A DNA stretch of 62,884 nucleotides, the filler included. It is 9 parts of 9 records of this genome, joined end to end, with 100 filler letters (N's around TTAATTAATTAA, not from the genome) between each part and the next. Parts side by side here need not be neighbours in the genome. Positions count along the whole stretch, not along the records: positions 30,529 to 36,369 come from SRR31147125_46952; positions 36,470 to 43,827 come from SRR31147125_47064; 7 more parts are not named here. One strand, 5' to 3'. Below are positions 30,531 to 40,912 of this stretch, one piece after another; position 1 is the first letter of the stretch; every line of letters begins with the position of its first letter. The notes under the pieces are model-generated. The model was not told the origin of the DNA. It searched no databases and worked only from the letters and a program-made list of their open reading frames with translations. The position numbers were made by a program, and so were the translations under genes.

Positions 30531-30734
30531 AACCACGTTCTGCCAACTTCATCAACGGCAAAATTTTCATCTCCACTAGGAGTTGACGATTTTGTCAAAA
30601 GGTCATCTGTAATATACTACAGTAAGGATAAGTTAGAAAGTGTTTATAAAGACATCGACGCATTTGCAACATTAGAAGGGCTTGATGCTCATGCAAACAG
30701 CGTATCTATCAGATTTGACGATAAAGGAGAATAA
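30531..30734 (+). CDS. hisD: histidinol dehydrogenase, 3' end (not in ORF track)
   Basis: Translates NHVLPTSSTAKFSSPLGVDDFVKRSS...EGLDAHANSVSIRF. Confidence 0.92.
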   Translation, partial: NHVLPTSSTAKFSSPLGVDDFVKRSSVIYYSKDKLESVYKDIDAFATLEGLDAHANSVSIRFDDKGE

Positions 30735-30735
30735 A

Positions 30736-31320
30736 ATGCGTACATCACAGATAAAAAGAAAGACAAATGAAACAAATATTAATGTATCAGTTAATATCGA
30801 CGGCAATGGTAAGTCAACTATAGAAACTGGTGTAGGTTTTTTTGATCACATGCTTTGCCTTTTTGCTAAACACTCATTAATGGATATTAATCTTACATGC
30901 AAAGGTGACACCTTCATTGATTGTCACCACACTGTAGAAGATGTTGGTATTGCTCTAGGTCAATGTGTAAAAGATGCTCTTGGAGAGAAAAAGAGTATCA
31001 CAAGATACGGTACTTGCTTTTTGCCTATGGACGAAGCACTAGCTATGGTCAGCCTTGATCTATCTGGCAGAAGCTATTTAGTATTTGATGGTGATTTTGT
31101 TACTCCGAAGCTAGGAGACTTTGATACAGAAATGGTTGAAGATTTCTTTCAGGCTTTTTCATCGGCATGTGGTGTAACATTGCACGTTAAAGTAATGTAT
31201 GGTAGAAATACACACCACATAATCGAAGCAATATTTAAGGCCTTTGCAAAAGCTATGGATAAAGCAACAATTGTAGATAAAAGAGTAACTGGTGTACCAT
31301 CCACAAAAGGAGTGTTATGA
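30736..31320 (+). CDS. hisB: imidazoleglycerol-phosphate dehydratase
   Basis: RKTNET, GFFDHML, HHTVEDVG, PMDEAL, HHIIEAIFKA, PSTKGVL. Confidence 0.95.
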   Translation: MRTSQIKRKTNETNINVSVNIDGNGKSTIETGVGFFDHMLCLFAKHSLMDINLTCKGDTFIDCHHTVEDVGIALGQCVKDALGEKKSITRYGTCFLPMDEALAMVSLDLSGRSYLVFDGDFVTPKLGDFDTEMVEDFFQAFSSACGVTLHVKVMYGRNTHHIIEAIFKAFAKAMDKATIVDKRVTGVPSTKGVL

Positions 31321-31931
31321 TAACAATTATTGACTATGGAATGGGTAATTTAAGAAGTGCACAAAAAGCATTTGAGTTTATCGGTTTTGAAGCTGAAATA
31401 ACCGACAGAAAATCTGATATTCAAAAAACAAGCAAAATAGTCTTACCTGGCGTTGGTGCATTTGCAGATGCTATGGAAAGGCTAAATACTTCTGGCATTA
31501 GTAAAGTTATAAAAGAAAAGGTAGCAGATGGAACACCTTTCTTAGGAATATGCCTTGGTATGCAGTTAGTATTTGATGTATCATATGAAAACGGTGAGTT
31601 TGAAGGATTGGGATTAATTAAAGGAGAAATAAAAAGGTTTGATTTGCCCAAAGAATACAAAGTCCCTCATATGGGTTGGAATAAACTTAAAGTTAGTGAT
31701 AATTTGTTATTTAATGATATAAGTGATGATATATACACATACTTTGTGCATTCATATTACGCTAACCCCAAAAACAAGGATAGGATTATAGCAACGAGTG
31801 ATTACGGTATTGAATTTACAGCAGTAGTTAATAAAAACAATGTCTTTGCAACACAGTTCCATCCTGAGAAAAGTGGAAATCCAGGGCTTAAAATGCTTGG
31901 GAATTTTGCTCAGTTAAAAGGAGATAATTAA
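31317..31931 (+). CDS. hisH: IGP synthase glutaminase subunit
   Basis: DYGMGN, PGVG, GICLGMQ, QFHPEKS. Confidence 0.95.
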   Translation: MITIIDYGMGNLRSAQKAFEFIGFEAEITDRKSDIQKTSKIVLPGVGAFADAMERLNTSGISKVIKEKVADGTPFLGICLGMQLVFDVSYENGEFEGLGLIKGEIKRFDLPKEYKVPHMGWNKLKVSDNLLFNDISDDIYTYFVHSYYANPKNKDRIIATSDYGIEFTAVVNKNNVFATQFHPEKSGNPGLKMLGNFAQLKGDN

Positions 31932-32650
31932 TGAGTTTTATAATATATCCTGCCATCGATTTAAAGGATTCTCAAGCAGTAAGGCTAGAACAAGGAGATA
32001 TGGATAAATCCACAGTCTATGGATTAGAACCTGCAAAAGTTGCAAAAGAGTTTGAGTGTAAAGGTGCCAAATGGATACATGTAGTTGATTTGAACGGTGC
32101 ATTTGCAGGTAAGTCTAAAAACCTAGATGCAATTAAATCAATAGTTAGCTCTGTTCGTATTCCTGTACAACTAGGCGGAGGCATACGCACAATGGAAAAC
32201 ATTGAAACAATGCTAGAAGATGTAGGCGTTAAAAGAGTAATACTAGGTACAGTAGCCGCTAAAAATCCAGAATTGGTTGAAGAAGCAGTAAAAAGATACG
32301 GTGACCGTATTGCTGTTGGTATAGATGCAAAAAACGGATATGTTGCTGTGAATGGTTGGGCTGAAGAATCCAACATATTAGCTGTTGACTTAGCAAAAGC
32401 CATGAAAAAAGCTGGTGTTAAAACAATTATCTATACAGACATTTCAAAAGACGGTATGATGGAAGGACCAAATATTGAGCAAACAAAAGGCATATCGGCT
32501 ATCGGTGACATTAACGTAATACTCTCTGGGGGTATTGCCAACACACAAGATATATTAAATGCAAAAACAGAATGCTTTGCAGGAGCTATTACAGGGAAAG
32601 CTATTTATCAAGGAGCAATTAATTTAGAAGAGGTAATAAAACTATGCTAA
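31931..32650 (+). CDS. hisA: ProFAR isomerase
   Basis: [27 protein letters not shown]. Confidence 0.95.
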   Translation: MSFIIYPAIDLKDSQAVRLEQGDMDKSTVYGLEPAKVAKEFECKGAKWIHVVDLNGAFAGKSKNLDAIKSIVSSVRIPVQLGGGIRTMENIETMLEDVGVKRVILGTVAAKNPELVEEAVKRYGDRIAVGIDAKNGYVAVNGWAEESNILAVDLAKAMKKAGVKTIIYTDISKDGMMEGPNIEQTKGISAIGDINVILSGGIANTQDILNAKTECFAGAITGKAIYQGAINLEEVIKLC

Positions 32651-33402
32651 CAAAAAGAGTGATACCTTGTTTGGATGTTCATGACGGCAGAGTTGTAAAA
32701 GGTGTGAACTTTGTTAATTTGCAGGATGCTGGAGACCCTGTGGAAATAGCTAAAGCTTATAATAAAGCTGGCGCAGATGAAATAGTGTTTTTAGACATTA
32801 CAGCATCGTCAGATAAACGAAATATAATGCTTGAGGTGGTGGAAAAGACTGCTGAGCAAATATTTATCCCTTTGACTGTTGGCGGCGGAATAAGATCAGT
32901 TGAGGACTTTAGAAGGATATTAAGAGTTGGTGCAGATAAGATATCCATTAATTCATCAGCACTAAATAATCCTCAATTAATATCAGATGCCGCATGGAAA
33001 TTTGGCTCCCAATGTGTAGTAGTTGCAATTGATGCAAAGCGTAACGGGGATGGAACGTGGAATACATACATAAACGGAGGTAGAAAAGATTTTGGAATTG
33101 ATGCAGTTAAATGGGCTATGAAAGCAGAAAAATTAGGTGCAGGCGAAATACTTCTTACATCTATGGACTGCGATGGCACAAAAACAGGATATGATATAGA
33201 ATTAACTCGCACAATATCTGAAGGTGTTAACATCCCAGTTATAGCATCAGGTGGTGCAGGAACATTAGATCATTTTTCTGATGTATGCATTGATGGTAAA
33301 GCAGATGCAGTATTAGCAGCTTCCCTATTCCACTATAATGAATTAACTATTACACAGGTTAAAAACCATATGAGAAGTAAAGATATACCTGTTCGTAGAT
33401 AA
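32644..33402 (+). CDS. hisF: IGP synthase cyclase subunit
   Basis: [29 protein letters not shown]. Confidence 0.96.
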   Translation: MLTKRVIPCLDVHDGRVVKGVNFVNLQDAGDPVEIAKAYNKAGADEIVFLDITASSDKRNIMLEVVEKTAEQIFIPLTVGGGIRSVEDFRRILRVGADKISINSSALNNPQLISDAAWKFGSQCVVVAIDAKRNGDGTWNTYINGGRKDFGIDAVKWAMKAEKLGAGEILLTSMDCDGTKTGYDIELTRTISEGVNIPVIASGGAGTLDHFSDVCIDGKADAVLAASLFHYNELTITQVKNHMRSKDIPVRR

Positions 33403-33407
33403 TATTA

Positions 33408-33539
33408 TTGAACATACTTAAGTATAGTCGCATTATTATTGTTGGCAATAATGCTAGCGGGAAAAGTTTGATATAAGATTTCTTAATTTTCTTAAAGGGT
33501 TGTGACGTTTCCCAAGGACACGTAAACTTTTTATATTGA
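33408..33539 (+). pseudogene. remnant of a P-loop (AAA_15/21-like) ATPase gene
   Basis: LNILKYSRIIIVGNNASGKSLI-stop-DFLIFLK. Confidence 0.45.
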
Positions 33540-33702
33540 ATTTACATGAAAAGAATATTCATAAATCGTTTTTAGTTATTTAAAACAGAAGAAAAATGAA
33601 AATATAATTAGATAATTGAGAAATGAAAAGCCAAACATTTAGGTTATATAGAGTAAGATAGTGAACATCAACAAAAAGTTGTTAATATAGAAAGGCAAAT
33701 AA

Positions 33703-34314
33703 ATGAACTTAGAAAATATTAGTTTTAATGAAAACGGATTAGTTCCTGCAATAGCGCAAGACATAAAAAGTGGTCAGGTCTTAATGATGGCTTGGATGAA
33801 TAAGGAATCGTTAAAAATGACAATTGAAACAGGATATGCCACTTACTTTTCAAGAAGCAGACAAGAACTTTGGAAAAAAGGTGATACTTCAGGTAATGTA
33901 CAAAAGGTTGTATCAATGAAATACGACTGTGACGGAGATACATTGCTTTTATTGGTAAAGCAAACAGGCGTTGCTTGCCACACAGGTAGGATATCCTGCT
34001 TCTTCAACAATTTCTATGGTGACGATGTAGGTATCCAACCAAGCATATTAGATGAGGTATATAACGTAATCTTGGATAGACAAGCCAACCCAAAAGAAGA
34101 CTCATATACAAACTATCTACTAGAAAAAGGCAAGGAAAAAACTTGCAAAAAGGTTGGTGAAGAAGCATCAGAAATAATCATCGGTGCAATTGGCAACGAC
34201 AGCGAAAACGTAGCGTATGAAACAGGTGATCTTTTATATCACCTAAGTGTCCTTTTAGTGCAATGCAACCTAACTTGGGATGATATATTTACAGAGCTAA
34301 AAAAGCGCAGATAG
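33703..34314 (+). CDS. hisIE: bifunctional PR-AMP cyclohydrolase / PR-ATP diphosphatase
   Basis: [31 protein letters not shown]. Confidence 0.95.
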   Translation: MNLENISFNENGLVPAIAQDIKSGQVLMMAWMNKESLKMTIETGYATYFSRSRQELWKKGDTSGNVQKVVSMKYDCDGDTLLLLVKQTGVACHTGRISCFFNNFYGDDVGIQPSILDEVYNVILDRQANPKEDSYTNYLLEKGKEKTCKKVGEEASEIIIGAIGNDSENVAYETGDLLYHLSVLLVQCNLTWDDIFTELKKRR

Positions 34315-35463
34315 CTAAAGAAGCATAATAGAGCCTTTACCTTGAGCATATTTATCCTCATTCAGGTCAACAGCATTTTTCATTATTAACGTCTTAATTT
34401 TTTCAGGCGTTATTTTTTTATATGCTTCATAATACAAAAGTGCAGATCCTGCTACAACTGGTGTTGCTACACTTGTTCCAGACATAACTGTATATGCTGG
34501 TTGAAGCTTATTATTAGTGGATGTAATATTTACACCCGGTGCAACAATTTCAGGCTTCAATATTCTCACATTAGCCGGACCTCTGCTTGAAAAATCTGCA
34601 ACTTTGTCATCTTGAGTTGTTACGGTTCTATTATCATCACTGGCTCCCACTGTCATAATATTAGGATTTATACCAGGTGTTGTTATGGTTGATCTTCCTG
34701 GTCCTGAATTTCCGGCAGCCGCAACTACAAATATTCCTTCATCCCATAGTGCCTGTGCACCTTTTGACAAAATGTCAGATTGTTTAGATCCTGCAATAGC
34801 TCCTAAAGACATGGAAACTACTTTTATATTTAACTCCTTATGATGGTCGGTAACATACTGCATAGCTTCTAATATTGCAGAACCGTCACCTCCACCATTC
34901 TTATCCATTGTCTTGAATGAAAAAATATTAGCCCTAGGCGCAATGCCTTTATATAATCCTCTGGAAGCATATCCATTACCTGCAACAACCCCTGTTACAA
35001 AAGTTCCGTGCCCATTATCATCATATGGAGACGGCTTCCCATTAACCAAATCAATAAACCTTCTAATTCGATACTTCGGACGAGTAAAATCAGGATGAGG
35101 ATATAGACCAGTATCAATTATTGCTACTCCTAGATTTCTTCCTGTTAATCCTTTTTTATGGAGCTTATCCGCTCCTATCACCTTGCTTGCTATATTAATC
35201 TGAGTACTTGCCTTTACATCAGAGCAAATATAATTAATTTGTTTCATCTCTGCAAGGCTTGGAATAGATGATCGCTGCACATTAACAACATATGCGTTAA
35301 TAAAGGGGAGATTTTTTACTATTTGTACTTCTGATGATACTAAATCATTTTTTAGTTTCAAATAATCAGTAGCTAGTACAATTATTTTTATAGAACTTGT
35401 TGATTTAATATTTATGGAGTTTAACAAAACCGGATCAATTTTATTCATATATATCTGTTTCAT
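34315..35463 (-). CDS. intracellular S8 serine protease, AprX-like
   Basis: IDTG, DDNGHGT, AAGNSG, GTSVATP; no signal peptide. Confidence 0.88.
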   Translation of the reverse strand: MKQIYMNKIDPVLLNSINIKSTSSIKIIVLATDYLKLKNDLVSSEVQIVKNLPFINAYVVNVQRSSIPSLAEMKQINYICSDVKASTQINIASKVIGADKLHKKGLTGRNLGVAIIDTGLYPHPDFTRPKYRIRRFIDLVNGKPSPYDDNGHGTFVTGVVAGNGYASRGLYKGIAPRANIFSFKTMDKNGGGDGSAILEAMQYVTDHHKELNIKVVSMSLGAIAGSKQSDILSKGAQALWDEGIFVVAAAGNSGPGRSTITTPGINPNIMTVGASDDNRTVTTQDDKVADFSSRGPANVRILKPEIVAPGVNITSTNNKLQPAYTVMSGTSVATPVVAGSALLYYEAYKKITPEKIKTLIMKNAVDLNEDKYAQGKGSIMLL

Positions 35464-35496
35464 ATAACCAACCTTTCAATCTTTCTTGCAATTACC

Positions 35497-35524
35497 ATTT
35501 TATGTACATTAAATCCAGTTGGTG
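35497..35524 (-). promoter_or_regulatory. sigma-K-like sporulation promoter
   Basis: Minus strand CACC-N16-CATAAAAT upstream of the protease. Confidence 0.55.
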
Positions 35525-35598
35525 ATTATTATTGTTCTTTTTTTGTTTTTTTAGAATATATTTTTATATACCCTATAGCAAATATAAGGAGTAGTAGT

Positions 35599-36321
35599 AT
35601 GCAAGAAAAAGCTAAAGGTTGGGATGTTAAAGAGATAGAATATCTGCAGAATGAAATAGAAAGGTGTATTAGTAAAAGTAAATCACTATCAGTAGCATTT
35701 AAAAATACTGCTGAGTTTACTGAAAGAAACTGTAATAGTGTAAGAAATTTTTATTATACCTTTTTGAGAAAGCAAATGCTTAATAACAATATAGATAAAA
35801 TAAAGCGCAGAGAAAATATGGATTTTGAATCGTTTACAGATGGTGAAATTCATTACCTAGTGAAATATATAATCATGGGTACATCATCTGGAAAATCGAT
35901 TAGGCAGTGTGCTAATGAGTTAGCAAACGGCAACACAAAACTTATACTACGATATCAAAACAAATATCGTTCTGTATTAAAAAGACACAAAAACATAGTA
36001 GATGAAGTTTTAGATGTTTTAGACAATGAAGGTTTTGAGTATATATCTCCATATAAAAAGGAACATTCGAAATCAGAAAAAGCACTCGAAGCCATAAAAT
36101 CACAAAATGATCTAGCTTCATTTATTAAATATGTGAATGTTTTATATGAAAGTGGAGTTATTGAAGGCAACACAAGAAAAAATTTAATATACACCAAGGC
36201 TATGGTTGAAGGCGAATATAATAAAATTCAAAAATCAAAAATGCTACATGAATTCTATTTAGAGAAACTAAATAAATTAATTGATGAGAACGTGAATTTA
36301 AAAAATAAAACAGGCGATTAA
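35599..36321 (+). CDS. RsfA-like protein with tandem Myb-like helical repeats
   Basis: WDVKEIEYL...AFKNTAEFTER..NSVRNFYY and a second FTDGEI...RYQNKYR repeat; C-terminal coiled coil. Confidence 0.55.
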   Translation: MQEKAKGWDVKEIEYLQNEIERCISKSKSLSVAFKNTAEFTERNCNSVRNFYYTFLRKQMLNNNIDKIKRRENMDFESFTDGEIHYLVKYIIMGTSSGKSIRQCANELANGNTKLILRYQNKYRSVLKRHKNIVDEVLDVLDNEGFEYISPYKKEHSKSEKALEAIKSQNDLASFIKYVNVLYESGVIEGNTRKNLIYTKAMVEGEYNKIQKSKMLHEFYLEKLNKLIDENVNLKNKTGD

Positions 36322-36369
36322 TAGTTAAACAACCCTTAAATAAGGGACTGTAAATAATTGGACCTGTTG

Positions 36370-36469
36370 NNNNNNNNNNNNNNNNNNNNNNNNNNNNNNN
36401 NNNNNNNNNNNNNTTAATTAATTAANNNNNNNNNNNNNNNNNNNNNNNNNNNNNNNNNNNNNNNNNNNN
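36370..36469. other. artificial contig linker
   Basis: N run with TTAATTAATTAA. Confidence 0.98.
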
Positions 36470-36502
36470 ACTTACAAAAACTGTCCGAAGTGTTGTTATC
36501 AC

Positions 36503-39500
36503 TCAATTTTGAATTCGAAACAGCTTATATCGTTCCGGCACCACTTTCCAATCCAGATCCCGCTTGATCTGATAAATCACATCTGCCGAATTTCGAATGC
36601 CGGGAGGCAGATCAAACGTTTGACAGAACATCTCTCCCCAACTGTTTCGATAAACCGCAGAGCACTCCGTAATCACCTTGGCATTTCTCGGGGAAGTAAA
36701 GTTGACGGAAACAAAAAGAGAATCGATTCTGCTCTTATTGAATAGATCCTTACTGGCCGTGCCTCTCTCCATGTCCGGTAGAAAAAAGTCATACATGTTT
36801 TTTAAGAGCAGACGAATATCATTGGCCCGGACATGGGTAGGGTTGGGGTCCAGTTTGATGTAGGCATCCGGAGAGTAAAGACGGTTATGAATGAGCCAGG
36901 CGGCAATATCCTCCACGGTTGAGGCGGATTTCAACTGCTCCACCTCTTCTATCCCCTTTTTCCGATCTCCCCATTTATGAATCAAGGTCCAGACGGATTG
37001 TTTTCGTCGATCATAGGAGTGAAGCAGACTCAACCCGTTGAGAAGGCCGTCACTGGCCACCAGAAGCACGGTCTGGACTTTTGACGCCTCTTTGTTGAAC
37101 TGCACAAACATTTTTCTGCCCAGTACGGTACGATCCCTGGGAGTCAACAACGATTCCTCTTCAGTGGAAACACCCAAGGCATCCCGGACACTGTTGTAAG
37201 TCCTCACCATGAAGCGCTCGATGCGAAGGCTTTCCTTGGACATTGCCCGAAAAGACCAATTGTTGATATCTCCTGCGCGAAACACATCCCCCTTTTCCCA
37301 GCCCCACTCTTCCATACACTTTTCAACAAGAATCCACTTAAGCCCAAAGGCACTTTTGCGAAGACTTTTATCATCGGTGATATGTATTTTCGAAAAAAAA
37401 CAGGATTGAACCAGACTACAAAATTGCTTTTTGTTTATATTTTTCCCATAAAACGCCACCAGACTTTTCAGCAATATATAATAGGGATCCGACTTGGTTA
37501 AACTGAACTGAAGCCCCGGATTCATCCAGTGATCCTTAAATTGATTGCAAAGCAGCATTCGGGAATCTTTCTTCTCATGGATATACCGCTCTAAAAGACC
37601 CATTTTCAGCACGGATTTAAAAGGGCTTTTTAAATATTTGAACATCTGCCACACCGATGCTCCGAAGTATTCTCCAACCGGTATATCGTGGATATCTCCA
37701 AAATCGATATACATACCGCTCTTCGGTGTCGGGCATGCTCTGACATAAAGATCGTGATAATAATTTTTACTCACCTTCGTCGAAAGCGTGGCCCAAAAGG
37801 GAATTTTTCCAGCCACATGAATCATGCTGCGGTAGAACTCTTCTTTTAAAAGTCTTCCCTGGGCGGAACCGGAACTTTCACTGTCGGATTCTCCAAAAAT
37901 GGATCGTTTGGCATCTTCAATATCAACAATGAAAAAATGAATTTCCGTTTTGAATTGCAGTTCAGCCCATGATTCAATCGCTCTGAGTTTCTCGTTCAAC
38001 AGCGTTATCATCTCATTATCGAACATCACCGACTGAATACAGACCCAATAATCAATATCCGATCCCTGGGTGTGGGCAATGGAACCGATACTGCCGATGG
38101 TGAATACGCCTTCTATGGCGCTGTCCCGATTTTCTCTAAATGCAATGCCGTAATCGTTATCCAGGTATTTTGCTGCGGCATATTTTCGATAGAGTTTCTC
38201 TGTTTCGGCACCGGGCAGATAACCGGCAATTCCCTTTGGAATTTTTTTCAGCTTATTTCGTTTTCGGTCTTTCCATGTGGCATCAAAGACCATCTGTGCC
38301 AACTGCCGGGATCGGGAAGAGGATTTGTAAAGATCGATGTTTTCATGAAGAAGTAATGGGACCAACTCAAAAAGATCGGCCTGTTCCGGCTGAAAAAGAT
38401 CAAATGCCACGGTAAGGGCATATCTGTTTTTTTGAAAAAAAGTGCGTTTCCCCTGCTGGATCAGTTCCGTAAAGAGAAGAAGGTTCCATTCATTGGCAAT
38501 GGTGGTATCCTGCAAAATGATTTTCAACAACGGACTGACGGACTGGGTCGGGAGATCAAATATTTTTTCAGCAAGGCTGGCGTACTCTGTCTCTGCTTTT
38601 GAAAGGCTGTGGGGGGTGAATCGACAAAATTTACCCACCACCCCGGAAAAATCGGTGTTATCTAATTTGGCCTTTTCAAATGATACATAACTAATCCGAG
38701 ATCCTACAAAAGTAGCACCGGATAAATCCGTACCGGAGGATCCATCAATACTTTCTATCCCCATCCCGTTTACGGCAGGATTTCGAGTATTTTTATCCCC
38801 CCTAAAGAATTTCCACGCTTCTGAGATGCTCCATTTTTATTGTTCCCGTCTCCCTGGCCCCCTTGGGTGTTCTCAATATCATATCTGGAAAAACGGGTAA
38901 GAGCGAGATGGCAATCTGCAAAGACCGCATCCTCCATGACCGCAGAATCAAAGTTGCTTTTAAAGATGGATGAACCGGTAAAGCTGCACCGATAAAACGT
39001 TGCGCCGACAGCGGATGCATCGATGAACACGCACTTTTCAAAGTGGGCATACTGAAATGCACTCCCGATCATTTTGGTACAGTAGAACGTTGTGTGGTAA
39101 AAATGGACATCTTCAAAAGTAGAAAAAGAGAAATCCACATCCCTAATCACACAACGATAAAAAACAATGGATGTGGGAATTGTATTGAATGAGAGATCGA
39201 TTCCCTCAAACAACTCTTCTTCAAACCGCATCTCATTAAAAGTATCCGAGGTTTTCAGCGCTTCGATTTTTTGATCCAGTGTGGTCCGGAACATGGATTT
39301 AAAAAAACCGCTTTTCTCTTTTTTGGGCTGAAAATTCCGGGCATGTTGAAGCATGGCATCAAATGAGACTCTAATCCTTTTTTCTCATGATCGAGCAGCG
39401 GTGAAATGGTCTCTTTCAATCGGGAGAGGGCTTGACCAATCCGGGCATTGGGATGGTCCCGGTATATTTGAAGCTGAGAAAGAATGCGCTCGGGCCGTTT

Positions 39501-40664
39501 CCGGATCATGCCGCAGATCAGTGCATGCTGGACCGGGCTGTTATGGAACAAAGTGCCGGAGGGGTCTTCAGCCATCTCTTGAATGAAACAGATGGCCACC
39601 CTTGAAAATGAGGAAAGTTCCTGCTGAATCAACGGCATCAGTTCCGGAAAATCCTTTACCGTTTTATGAAGCAGCACCCTTAATGAAAACGCCCTCCCCC
39701 TGGAGATGACGGCGGCTTTAAAAAGGGTCATGGCCTCTTTCAACCGGTCGGACCGCTCAGTATCGGACAGGGCGTTCTTCTCGTTATCCGGATTAAGGGC
39801 AATGAGCGTATCGAGAATGGTATCCGTTAATTGGTAATAGCTGCCCACCGAGGACTGTTCAACAATTTTAAAGGTTGTCTTTCGAATCTCCGGAGAGGTT
39901 TCCGTTGTCATAAGCTTCAAAATCAATGTGGGATTGATCCCCTCAGACAAAACGGCAGCCGCTTTTAATGCCTGATTTCGCTCTTCAACGCCATACGCTT
40001 TTCTGCTCAAAGCCATTGATAACAAATCAGCACTGTTTCTCAGTGTCGGTTTGATATTTTCAACAAAAAGATCATAGGGGATTTCATGGTCGAACAGATG
40101 GGCACAGAAGGTCATGACCGCCTTGGCATCGCTGATTCCCCGGAGCATCTTCAGGAACGGATCGGCATACGCTCTTCTCAATGAAGGCGCTGCTGAAAGA
40201 TATTGGACGACAAGGGCCAATCGTCCCTGTTCAGACACAGTTGAAGCAACTAAACTGATGGCCTGCAGGCCCAGTTGACGGCCGTCGGTCATTTTTTTGC
40301 GGCAAATCTTCCAGGCATAAAATGGGCTTCGTCCTCCAAATTCAAGCAAGGTCTCCAAGTAGAGTTTCATCTCCTGGGGTGTCAGGTTCCCATGAATTTG
40401 ATTGCTCAGATGAACGGAGATGAGAGCGGAATCAACGATGGCGTCGGTTTTCTCATCGGCTTCCAATGCCTGCGTCATTCGATTTTGGAGGATATCAAGG
40501 ATCTCCCGTGATCGATTTCTGACAAGAAAGTGGAATGATACCAATCCCGTCACCACGGGAACGATGGCATCACGAAGGGGCATTTTCAAAGATTTCTCAA
40601 GGATCTCCAACTGCCCGGTTTGATCCGATCCGTTCCACTTCCGATTGAATGTGTTCAGTTCCAT
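36503..40664 (-). CDS. class I adenylate cyclase with N-terminal helical and pentapeptide-repeat domains; one gene with frameshifts near 39380 and 38800
   Basis: IGSIGSIAHTQGSDIDYW, SSGSAQGRLLKEEFYR, SPFKSVLK; adding one base to an A6 and a G6 run joins the three ORFs. Confidence 0.85.
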
Positions 40665-40912
40665 TTTGCCCTATGCACTTTTACTTTCACATACAAGTAG
40701 CAACAATACTCTCATTAAATTCATCAACTGTTTATCATCTCATACTGTTTCCAAGACTGTAAAGATCAATTGTCAAACAATTGAAATTTAGGAATTTGAA
40801 AAATTGATTGAATAATTATCAAAAAAAAATGTATTACTCATTTTAACACAATGACATGATTACTCATCTCTTCTGAAGAATCGGTAACCGGCGAGGTAAT
40901 AGATTAACACCC

